Of a stretch of DNA of 37,742 bases, positions 27,553-35,747 are shown in pieces (the stretch's first letter is position 1; each line of letters begins with the position of its first letter). A program made the translations under genes and the position numbers. Below the pieces are notes generated by a model. The model did no database searches, had not been told where the DNA came from, and worked only from the letters and a program-made list of their open reading frames with translations. Where the stretch lies: the NCBI GenBank assembly GCA_020057015.1, contig JAGVGS010000083.1, forward strand, positions 1 to 37,742. The letters run 5' to 3'. The DNA is from Candidatus Omnitrophota bacterium (lineage in GTDB: Bacteria > Omnitrophota > Gorgyraeia > Aquiviventales > Aquiviventaceae).

Positions 27553-29457
27553 CTAGGCTTCGCACCGTAACAGGACTTTGAGCGGCTTGCGGCTCTTAAC
27601 GAGATCCCAAGCTTGCGCATACTGTTCCAGCGGCAAGACGTGCTCTAGCAAGGGTGTCACCGGCAGCTGCGGCAGCAGATGAATCGCCGCCACCATATCA
27701 GCCGCACTGCTTCCCACCGATCCGATCACCATCTTATCGTAGGCCACCACTTGCTCGAATGAGAACTCGCGCTTCCCGTAAGGCAAACCCAGCAACAAGA
27801 GGACTGCCCCCGGGCGGCTACTGCACAGCAGCGTCTCCAGTGCGTTCGGATCGCCCGTCGCCTCGACCAGGACATCAAAGGTATGTAAGCCGCTGGGAGA
27901 ACCCGTCTGAGCCGGTGTGATGCGCGGCTGATGGAAGGCATTGAGCCGATCCGGATTTCGGTCAAACACCGTCACCTCATGGCCTTGATGGGCTAGGACT
28001 TGCGCACACAGATACCCGAGCGGACCTGCACCGACCACTCCGCACCACCGGATACTACCGCTCTTGCAGACCTGCCCGAGCCGTCTGAGGCCCTTGAGGA
28101 CGACAGCCACTGGCTCGCAGAGCACTGCTGTCTTTAAATCAAGGGTCTCGGGCAACTTATGCACGAACCGGCCGGGAATAACGACGTACTCGGCGTACGC
28201 ACCGTCCTTGCCCAGGACGCCAAGCTCCCGTCTCTGGTTGCAGCTAATACCGTTGTCTTGTTTGCATGCATTACACTCCCCGCAACCCTGGATGCACTCG
28301 GCCACCACAAGATCGCCAGGTTGAAGATGCTGAACGTTTGGACCTACCGTCACCACCGTACCAGAAAATTCGTGTCCCGGCACAATCGGGTAAACCGCAC
28401 GTCCGGTCCTGTAGTAGTCCAGCGTGCCATGGAATACTTCCAAATCCGTTGCGCACACACCCACGTATGCCGTTCGAATGAGCACATCGCCCGGTTTGAT
28501 CTCCGGCAAGTCACGCTCGTCCAACGCGGCATGGGAGGCTCTGTGGACTACCACCGCACGATAGGTGCGATCAAAGAAGACAGCGTCACGTTTGCGAGGA
28601 TCCTGCATGACCGCCCCGTCAGCTAGACCGTGGATCGTGCCCAGTACCTTGCGCATTCTAAACATAGCGATGTCGTGTGCCTCAGCACGCAGTCGCCCTT
28701 GGCGGCCGGCCTCCACCAGGTCCCCGAGAAATCGCGTGCTCTCTCGCGCCATCTCAAGCGGGATATGCCGCCGTCCTTTCAGTCCCATCCACTTCGCGGC
28801 CATGGCTTCTCTGTAGTAACGTCGCCGTATTTGGCGCCACGTCTCCTGATGAATGTGGTAGACCGCGGCGTTCGGCTCGTAGAAGATCTGCTGGCCGCGC
28901 GCCACCCAGTACCGAGCCCACTCAATGTCTTCCAAACCTGGCAATGCCTCGTCGAACGGATGCTTATCCCAAAGCTCTCGTCGAATGGCCGAGTTCGCGT
29001 TGTTGGCGAAGCACGCCTCAATGGTAAGAAGCCTTGGCTCTGGCCCGAACGTCCGATTGAAATCCTGCCCTTCTGAAAAGTTCGACTCAGGGGCCCCCAC
29101 CTGCCGTCCGTACACCATCGCCGTGTCCCGCTGACGCAACGGCTCAATAAGTTTCTCCAACCAGTGGGCGTCCAGCGGCTTGGTATGAGCTGAGACGATG
29201 GTAAGGAAATGGCCCAAGCTGTGGCGGATACCAACATTAAGTGAGTACCCGAACGTAAAGTCCCGGCTGGCAATGCGGATCAGCTTCGCGCCAAAGCGCT
29301 CGACGATCTCAGGTGTTCGATCGTACGAACCGGAATCCACCACGAGGATCTCAAAGGATTGGTACGCTTGCGCCCGAATCGCCTCCAGGAGCCCTGGCAG
29401 GCAACGCTCTTCATTGAATGCTCGAATGATGATGGAGCTCTCAACCGTCCGGCTCAT
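27553..29457 (-). CDS. Fusion of GT2 glycosyltransferase (N-terminal) and Zn-dependent medium-chain dehydrogenase (C-terminal)
   Basis: N-terminal IIIRAFNEE, VVDSGSYDRT, NANSAIRR and LEDIEWA. C-terminal GVCATD, GHEFSG, CGECNAC-x7-C, GAGPLG and EATG. One continuous frame. Confidence 0.88.
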   Translation of the reverse strand: MSRTVESSIIIRAFNEERCLPGLLEAIRAQAYQSFEILVVDSGSYDRTPEIVERFGAKLIRIASRDFTFGYSLNVGIRHSLGHFLTIVSAHTKPLDAHWLEKLIEPLRQRDTAMVYGRQVGAPESNFSEGQDFNRTFGPEPRLLTIEACFANNANSAIRRELWDKHPFDEALPGLEDIEWARYWVARGQQIFYEPNAAVYHIHQETWRQIRRRYYREAMAAKWMGLKGRRHIPLEMARESTRFLGDLVEAGRQGRLRAEAHDIAMFRMRKVLGTIHGLADGAVMQDPRKRDAVFFDRTYRAVVVHRASHAALDERDLPEIKPGDVLIRTAYVGVCATDLEVFHGTLDYYRTGRAVYPIVPGHEFSGTVVTVGPNVQHLQPGDLVVAECIQGCGECNACKQDNGISCNQRRELGVLGKDGAYAEYVVIPGRFVHKLPETLDLKTAVLCEPVAVVLKGLRRLGQVCKSGSIRWCGVVGAGPLGYLCAQVLAHQGHEVTVFDRNPDRLNAFHQPRITPAQTGSPSGLHTFDVLVEATGDPNALETLLCSSRPGAVLLLLGLPYGKREFSFEQVVAYDKMVIGSVGSSAADMVAAIHLLPQLPVTPLLEHVLPLEQYAQAWDLVKSRKPLKVLLRCEA

Positions 29458-30458
29458 CGCACGATCGAACGTGCCTGCTTCGACGCTTGCGTGGACGATG
29501 ATTCTTCCAGACCGGCAATGAGGTTGTGAATCGTCTGCTCATGGACTCGCTCAACTGCCTCCACCGTGTTATAGGCGTTGTGGGGGGCGAGGAGCACGTT
29601 TGGAAATCGGCGCAATGGGCTCGTTGCCGGCAGCGGCTCATCTTCGAAGACGTCCAGCGCGGCCCCGGCGATCCGGCGCTGCTCCAATGCTTCTCCCAGT
29701 GCTCGTTCATCCACAATTGGCCCGCGGGCCGTATTGATCAGCACGGCGGTTGGCTTCATAGCGCGCAGTTGATATTCTCCAATAAGGTGAAAGCTTGTTG
29801 GATTCAGGTCGCAGTTAAGGCTGACGTAGTCTGACTGGCACAGGAGCTCATCTAGCTGCACCATCGTTAGCCCCATCTCCTGGCAAAATGACCTGTCGAT
29901 CTCTCGGATATCCCGCCCCAGCAGACGCAAGCCGAAAGGCCGTGCCCGTTGCACCACTTCCCGCCCGATATCTCCAATCCCGATAACGCCGAGGGTCTTC
30001 CCCCGCAGGCTTACGCCTGGAAGTTGCTCCCATTTGCCCTGCCGCATGAGCGCATCGACCTGATGCACCGGCCGCGCGAAACAGAGGAGATAGGCCATGA
30101 CGACATCGGCCGCGGCATCGCTGAAGGCGCCCGGACTGTTACAAACGCGGATCCCGCGACGTCTGGCTGCCTCTCGGTCAATGGCGTCCACCCCAACCCC
30201 CCACTTGGAAATCACTTTTAGTCGCGTGGCGCGCGCCATGATCGGCTCTGTAATCGGATCATCGCTGCAGACGACTCCGTCCACGGTTTCGTCCATGAAT
30301 GTGAGCATTTCTGATTCCGAAAACCGGTGCCCCCCCTCTGGGACAATTACTTCAATCTTCCGCTCCGCCAGCAGCGGGAGAAAACGCGGCAGGATACGGC
30401 GAATGTGGACTGATGCGATGAGCACTCGCCACCGGGCGGGCGGCGTTACGCCTGCCAT
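29454..30458 (-). CDS. D-isomer-specific 2-hydroxyacid dehydrogenase (SerA-like, no ACT domain)
   Basis: KWGVGVDAID, GVIGIGDIG, INTARGPIVDE, LDVFEDEP and APHNA. Confidence 0.88.
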   Translation of the reverse strand: MAGVTPPARWRVLIASVHIRRILPRFLPLLAERKIEVIVPEGGHRFSESEMLTFMDETVDGVVCSDDPITEPIMARATRLKVISKWGVGVDAIDREAARRRGIRVCNSPGAFSDAAADVVMAYLLCFARPVHQVDALMRQGKWEQLPGVSLRGKTLGVIGIGDIGREVVQRARPFGLRLLGRDIREIDRSFCQEMGLTMVQLDELLCQSDYVSLNCDLNPTSFHLIGEYQLRAMKPTAVLINTARGPIVDERALGEALEQRRIAGAALDVFEDEPLPATSPLRRFPNVLLAPHNAYNTVEAVERVHEQTIHNLIAGLEESSSTQASKQARSIVR

Positions 30459-31231
30459 CGGGACTTCGCAGCCTCCAGGTACTGCGGCACAAGCGGATCG
30501 TCTGTCAGGGCTTGCTCAACCCGTCGCACATCGTTGGGTACGTCCACGCTGATCGTTGGACGGTCGACGGCAAATGTGTGAATCTTGTAGCCGTGTTCTA
30601 GAATGCGCAGGATATCGACTGACTCGGCCTGTTCCAGTGGCGTCTGCGCAAGGCACGTGTAAGTCTGGAGGAAGTCACGGCGGAAACTCAGCACGACGAC
30701 AAGTTGGCGCTTCTGGATGCCTGATTCACCCAACCGCACGGTAGTCGGAATAGGTTCCCGTGACATGAAGAGGACTGCACCCTGTTGGTCGGTCACCACT
30801 TTGATGACGTTGCGGTTGCGGAATGTCTCGCCATCCTCGATGGGAGCAAGGGGGTGAGCGCACACCACAGCCGGGTCTTCCGCGAGCATCCGGACTCCGC
30901 CGTTCACGAGTTCCGGGTACAGCATGGGCTCATCACCCTGGATATTGACGACGACGTCGGCCGCCTCGTGGATTGCCGCCGCCGCCTCCGCGACCCGGTC
31001 CGTGCACCGCTCATGATTGGGCGATGTCATAATGACCGGCGCGCCGTAGCTCTCCACTACATCGCGGATTGCAGGATCCGGTGTGGTGACATATACCGCG
31101 TCTAGCGTCTTGCACAACCGTGCGCGGAAGTAGACGTGGAGAACCATTGGTAGTCCCAGTATCGGCACGAGCGGCTTGCCTGGAAACCGTGAGGAACCCA
31201 TGCGCGCTGGAATGAGACCGATGGCTCTCAT
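30446..31231 (-). CDS. KdsB-like CMP-ulosonate synthetase (cytidylyltransferase), divergent paralog
   Basis: IPARMGSSRFPGKPL, NIQGDEP, NVIKVV, MSREPIP, LEQAESVDILR and SVDVPND. Confidence 0.85.
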   Translation of the reverse strand: MRAIGLIPARMGSSRFPGKPLVPILGLPMVLHVYFRARLCKTLDAVYVTTPDPAIRDVVESYGAPVIMTSPNHERCTDRVAEAAAAIHEAADVVVNIQGDEPMLYPELVNGGVRMLAEDPAVVCAHPLAPIEDGETFRNRNVIKVVTDQQGAVLFMSREPIPTTVRLGESGIQKRQLVVVLSFRRDFLQTYTCLAQTPLEQAESVDILRILEHGYKIHTFAVDRPTISVDVPNDVRRVEQALTDDPLVPQYLEAAKSRWQA

Positions 31232-32292
31232 CGACGGCCTCTCACGCCACTCATCGTGTGGCCGCGCCTGGTAGCCGCTCGCCTCCTGGCGATGCGTACG
31301 TCCTTCACTTCGCGGGGTGCGCCGCCCAGCAGCGTGCGCAGGTAGTCCGCACTAGCCTGCCATTCCTTTTCTTCATATTCCACGACGTTCCTCGGGGCTT
31401 GTCCGCACTCATGCGGTGTACGATAGTCCTGACCTGTAGGCTGAGCGTGCTCCAGCACAAATTTCATGACCTCGGCAACCTGCGCGGCCGGCCGTGCAGG
31501 GTACTCTGGCCAGAAGTCCGATTCCAGCATTCGGACGTGCCTGGCCTCCAACGCGCCAATCTCGAGGCTGGCCCACTCTGCGCGACCGTGCCGCTCGAGC
31601 AGCCCTATAAGCTCCGGGAACGGTATGACCCCGTGACCGACCGGACAGCGTACCAAACGGTAGCCGGACTCGCTCAGGAAAATTCGATAGTCTTTCAGGT
31701 GGACGTGCTTGATGAAGGGTGCGATCCGCTCGGCAAAGGCGAGTGGCAACTCCACAACGGAGAGCGCATTCGCCGTGTCCAACGTTACCCCGAACCATGG
31801 GCTATTAATCGTCTCGCACAGCCAGACCAACTCCTCGGAAGTGAGGTCCTGGTGGTTCTCGACCGCAAGTGGAATGTTCTGCCGCTCGGCCTCTCGCACC
31901 GCCCGAGCTAAGCGGTCCCTAACGGTCTCGAGAAATGACTTCCAGGTCCCGATGAACTCCCGCCGGTCCCCTCCAAATTTCGCACCGCCTACGACCGTTC
32001 GCACCACCGCGCATTCCATCACCCCCGCCGCCTGCAAAGTTCGGATGAGACGACCCGGGTCGACTCCCTCCGTCGAAAGCACCATCCGTAGCTGGTGCTC
32101 ACGGGCAACATCTCTGAGCATGATCCAGTGTCGCTCGTCTTGGAGGTCCACGAGGGCCGCCGGCAGCTCTACACCTGGGAATCCTCGCGAAGCCGCCTCT
32201 CGAATCACCGCCTCAGCGCTGCGGCGCTCAGCCCCTTCAGGCAGCCAACCGAACGTATAGAGCGAGCCGTAGATATTGAAAAGCAGCTTCAT
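31228..32292 (-). CDS. Xylose-isomerase-like TIM-barrel (AP endonuclease 2 family) sugar isomerase/epimerase or decarboxylase
   Basis: Metal-ligand pattern VENHQD, LDTAN, HVHLKDY and SLE, plus GHGVIPF. Confidence 0.75.
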   Translation of the reverse strand: MKLLFNIYGSLYTFGWLPEGAERRSAEAVIREAASRGFPGVELPAALVDLQDERHWIMLRDVAREHQLRMVLSTEGVDPGRLIRTLQAAGVMECAVVRTVVGGAKFGGDRREFIGTWKSFLETVRDRLARAVREAERQNIPLAVENHQDLTSEELVWLCETINSPWFGVTLDTANALSVVELPLAFAERIAPFIKHVHLKDYRIFLSESGYRLVRCPVGHGVIPFPELIGLLERHGRAEWASLEIGALEARHVRMLESDFWPEYPARPAAQVAEVMKFVLEHAQPTGQDYRTPHECGQAPRNVVEYEEKEWQASADYLRTLLGGAPREVKDVRIARRRAATRRGHTMSGVRGRR

Positions 32293-33107
32293 GGCGCTTT
32301 TACTGAGTCCAGCAGTTCTTTGGTGGCTCGCTCGTACGCTACGTGCGGCATCTGCACGGAGAACTTGCCCCCGCTGATATCAATGTGCGCCCCTGTAATA
32401 TAGCCGGACAGCTCACTCGACAGGAAGACCACCAAATTCGCAATGTCACTGGCCTGCCCCCAGCGCCGCAACGCGAGCGTGTTCAGGAGCCGTTCTTGGG
32501 TTTCGGGCGGCGCTTCGGCGAAGTGGTTGAGTTGGGTGGGAATCATACCCGGCGCGTAAGAGTTAACCGTGATGTTATAAGGGCCAAGTTCGGCGGCCAG
32601 CACTCGGGTTAGCGAAACAACCCCGGCCTTGGAGGCAGCGTAGGCTGAGAAACCCGCTGAGGGTACAATCGCCGCGAAGGAGGACGCATTGATGATCCGG
32701 CCTGAGCACTGCCGCTTCATGATCGGAATGACGGCCTGACTACAAAGAAAAACTCCTTTCAGATTCACATCGAGGTTATCATCCCAGGCGCGTTCATCGA
32801 ACGACTCGACGAATCCGCTCGGGGCGACTCCAGCGTTGTTCATGAGAATATCAAGACGCCCATAGCGTTCCGCCACAGTGCTCGTCATCTGGCGCACATC
32901 GTTGCGTACACGGACATCGCAGCGGAGTCCCTGGCCTTCAAGTTTTCGGCTCTGGAATTCTGCCTGTAGCCCCTTAGCGAGAGTCTCGTCAATATCCACT
33001 CCAATCACGACGACCCCTTCCTCCGCTAGCGTCAAGGCAATCACACGACCGATGCCCTGACCCGCACCGGTTACAATCGCGACTTTCCCGTGTAGGTCAA
33101 TCTGCAT
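32289..33107 (-). CDS. Classical short-chain dehydrogenase/reductase
   Basis: VTGAGQGIG, NNAG, YAASK and VNSYAPG. AGGAG Shine-Dalgarno upstream. Confidence 0.9.
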   Translation of the reverse strand: MQIDLHGKVAIVTGAGQGIGRVIALTLAEEGVVVIGVDIDETLAKGLQAEFQSRKLEGQGLRCDVRVRNDVRQMTSTVAERYGRLDILMNNAGVAPSGFVESFDERAWDDNLDVNLKGVFLCSQAVIPIMKRQCSGRIINASSFAAIVPSAGFSAYAASKAGVVSLTRVLAAELGPYNITVNSYAPGMIPTQLNHFAEAPPETQERLLNTLALRRWGQASDIANLVVFLSSELSGYITGAHIDISGGKFSVQMPHVAYERATKELLDSVKAP

Positions 33108-33114
33108 AGCTACA

Positions 33115-33119
33115 CTCCT
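33115..33119 (-). promoter_or_regulatory. Shine-Dalgarno sequence for the SDR starting at 33107
   Basis: AGGAG 7 nt upstream of the ATG, in a short intergenic gap. Confidence 0.6.
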
Positions 33120-33131
33120 GTTGCACTCCGC

Positions 33132-33875
33132 TTAGGGCATCCATAATCCGCCATTCACCGGAATCGTCACTCCGGTCATGTATGCACTTTCCTCCGAGGC
33201 AAGGAAGGCTACGGCCTTTGCCACCTCCTCGGGCATGCCGAGACGGCCTAACGGAACTCGTTGCACCAACGCACGCAGTGCCCGGCGAGGAAATGCACGC
33301 GCCATGTCGGTGTCGATAATACCAGGAGCCACACAATTGACTCGAATCCTAGAGCTGGCCAGTTCCTTGGCTAAATATTTTGTGAGACAAATAAGCCCGG
33401 CCTTCGACACGGCGTAATGCGCTCCCACAAAAGCACCCCCGGTCTGGCCGGCCTGGGAAGCGATCATCACAATACTTCCACACCGCTGGGATGTCATGAT
33501 GGGTGCGACCCGTTGGCAGCACAAAAATGCCCCACGCAGATTGACTGCCAGCACTGTATCCCATTCAGCCACGCGAAGGCGCTGAAACGGCGTGACAGAG
33601 GCGATTCCTGCATTATTGACGAGCACATCGATCCGTCCCCAACGATGTTTGACCTGTGCAACCAGCCGTGCCACTGCCTCCGGACGTGCGACATCTGTCT
33701 GAATCGTCACCACATCTCGGCCAAGAGCCCGGATGCACTGTGCCACTGCTCTGGCCTCATGCGCCAGGCTGCGGTACGTAATGGCAACATCAAACCCGAC
33801 TTCCGCTAGCCGGATGGCACACGCGCGCCCGATCCCGCGAGAACCTCCAGTCACCAAGGCAACCCTGTTCCTCAT
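33132..33875 (-). CDS. Classical SDR, FabG-like
   Basis: VTGGSRGIG, NNAG, YAVSK, VAPGIIDTDM and VNGGL. Start reassigned to ATG 33875 (ATGA overlap). Confidence 0.9.
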   Translation of the reverse strand: MRNRVALVTGGSRGIGRACAIRLAEVGFDVAITYRSLAHEARAVAQCIRALGRDVVTIQTDVARPEAVARLVAQVKHRWGRIDVLVNNAGIASVTPFQRLRVAEWDTVLAVNLRGAFLCCQRVAPIMTSQRCGSIVMIASQAGQTGGAFVGAHYAVSKAGLICLTKYLAKELASSRIRVNCVAPGIIDTDMARAFPRRALRALVQRVPLGRLGMPEEVAKAVAFLASEESAYMTGVTIPVNGGLWMP

Positions 33876-34843
33876 GTGAGCGACGCCATCACCTCGCACT
33901 CGAGGGAAGCTCTAGGAGCCAACTGCCCGCACGTACCCTGCCGCTGAGCCTGACGCAAATCTTTTGGGATGTTTGTGCATGGCTCCAGGACCACCGTATA
34001 GTGGCTGCGCCAGCCACCCAGTGCCATGAAGATCCACACGTAAGGAAACACGCGCATGGGAAAGTTGAGGGTGAAGCGCGCACCGGTGACGCCATCCTCC
34101 ACCCCGCACCACCCAGAAGGAAGTCCGTCGACGTACACAAACTCCTGATGGCGGCTTTCGACCGGCGGCAGGCGGCTCAAATCCCATAGTGTTCCGGATG
34201 GTCCAGGAACGTGTGGCCAGGAAGCAGGTCCCGGCTGGCTCATGATGGTGCTGAATGTCGGATCGACCTGCATTACGCGCCCTCCTGGCAAAAGCACCCG
34301 GTCCTGTGGCCGCACAGCCAGCGCTGGATGGAGCTTGAACAAAAATACCTGCGGCTCATCCGTCAGGTTCGTAATGCGATACCGTATCTTCACCACCGCC
34401 TCGTCATCGAGAAGCTCCACCCATTTCTCGTAGCGGAGCGGTAGCGCACGACCGGAGCACCATAACCGAATCCCTGTGCAGTTCGACCCTGGCAGTTGTT
34501 CATACGCCCACGCCTGAGACCACCACTCGCCGTGATCAGGAAGCGCGCGTCCGTTGAACTCACCAGCGGCATCGTTCGGAAATAGCTCCTCCCAACCTCC
34601 CCCCCAGTTGTCGTCATAGGAGGCACCGTAGTCAACCCGGCGCAATCCCACTTGGGCGTCTCGCCACAACCATTCCTTGCCCGTAGGCTTGTGCAGAAAA
34701 CTCCAGATCTTGCCGCCGAGTTCCGGCACCACCTGGATGGCGGTCAGCTTATGCTCCAGTCGAATGGTTTCGAACCCATCTACCCACGCGCGGGTCACAC
34801 GTGCGCGGCAACTCGATTGGGTGCTGGATGGCGCGTCAGGCAT
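33872..34843 (-). CDS. Galactose mutarotase-like (aldose 1-epimerase fold) protein
   Basis: VVPELGGKIWS, GGWEELFP, PDHGEWW, HPAL and LEPCT; beta-rich. Start reassigned to ATG 34843. Confidence 0.75.
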   Translation of the reverse strand: MPDAPSSTQSSCRARVTRAWVDGFETIRLEHKLTAIQVVPELGGKIWSFLHKPTGKEWLWRDAQVGLRRVDYGASYDDNWGGGWEELFPNDAAGEFNGRALPDHGEWWSQAWAYEQLPGSNCTGIRLWCSGRALPLRYEKWVELLDDEAVVKIRYRITNLTDEPQVFLFKLHPALAVRPQDRVLLPGGRVMQVDPTFSTIMSQPGPASWPHVPGPSGTLWDLSRLPPVESRHQEFVYVDGLPSGWCGVEDGVTGARFTLNFPMRVFPYVWIFMALGGWRSHYTVVLEPCTNIPKDLRQAQRQGTCGQLAPRASLECEVMASLT

Positions 34844-35747
34844 TAGTGCTGGTCGCCTTAGGTCTCGATCTCTCGAGCTCGCAGTCCTCACCCGAGATCG
34901 AATCCAGCCTCCCTAAACCGTTGCTCGCTATACGGTAGGCCGCCACCTTCCAGCATTCATGAAGCCTGGCGCAGTGCTTGTCACAGAGTAGCTTCACTGC
35001 CTGGATGTCGGGCCAGTGATGATCGTCCAGCATCATAACGCTGTTGGAGTGGAGCAGTCCGCAGGATAGGCCGAAATCGAGCAGCGGATTCAACCCCTCA
35101 TGCGAGCCGTCGATGTAGATGAGGTGAAATCGCCGGCCCGCCTGGTGCAGCGCCCGCAGTCCATCGAGGCTGATCATCTCGAGCAGCTCGACCTCAAGAC
35201 CCACCGATTGGTAGAGGCTGAGGGCGAGCTGTCTTGTGCGTTTTGTAATACCGACATGGATGCCCTTTTCCCAGATTCCTTTTGACCCCTCGAAGTAACC
35301 CATATCGAAGTACGGGTCAATGGAGGTGAGCTGGCCAAGCGCGCCCCGCGCCCTCAGCAGGAGACCGATGACGCTCATCGAAAGACCTTGAGCCGAACCG
35401 ATCTCCAGAAAATCCACTGTTCCGAACCGCTCGGCCACATCCAACACGGCGCGTTCAAACGTCTCGACAACCTCCCGCCGCAGCGCATTGCTGTAGAAGT
35501 TCCATCCATGCTGCTCTCCCTGGTGGATTGTCTGAGCATTACCCTGGACGGTCTGGATGGCTTCTTCTGAAAACGGCGCCAGCTTTACAGACGAATAATC
35601 GAGCCCCTTTAACCGCAACAGCTCCCGCTGTCCAGCATCACGCAGAAGCTGCATCTGGACTGCGTGCTTGAGCTTAGTTGATAGCGCGCCGAACCATGAC
35701 GGCGGCGTCTCAGAATTGCGGCAGCGGGCCAACAGCGGATGGCTCAT
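34836..35747 (-). CDS. Class I SAM-dependent methyltransferase (Methyltransf_24-like)
   Basis: FLEIGSAQGLS, SIDPY, HLIYIDGSH and LDDHHW. Start at ATG 35747 (ATGA overlap). Confidence 0.8.
   Translation of the reverse strand: MSHPLLARCRNSETPPSWFGALSTKLKHAVQMQLLRDAGQRELLRLKGLDYSSVKLAPFSEEAIQTVQGNAQTIHQGEQHGWNFYSNALRREVVETFERAVLDVAERFGTVDFLEIGSAQGLSMSVIGLLLRARGALGQLTSIDPYFDMGYFEGSKGIWEKGIHVGITKRTRQLALSLYQSVGLEVELLEMISLDGLRALHQAGRRFHLIYIDGSHEGLNPLLDFGLSCGLLHSNSVMMLDDHHWPDIQAVKLLCDKHCARLHECWKVAAYRIASNGLGRLDSISGEDCELERSRPKATSTNA

Noticed and set aside
29454-30458. Housekeeping serA
   Set aside because: No ACT regulatory domain and embedded in a glycan module, so no gene symbol was assigned.
27553-31231. 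TarI/TarJ-type CDP-ribitol pathway (cytidylyltransferase + Zn-dehydrogenase)
   Set aside because: The cytidylyltransferase has KdsB-type motifs (PAR..SSR, QGDEP), not IspD/TarI-type motifs (AGG.G.R, HD..RP).
33132-33875. Housekeeping fabG / fatty-acid or polyketide cluster
   Set aside because: No ACP, ketosynthase or other fab genes nearby, and the GQxNY motif typical of FabG is absent.
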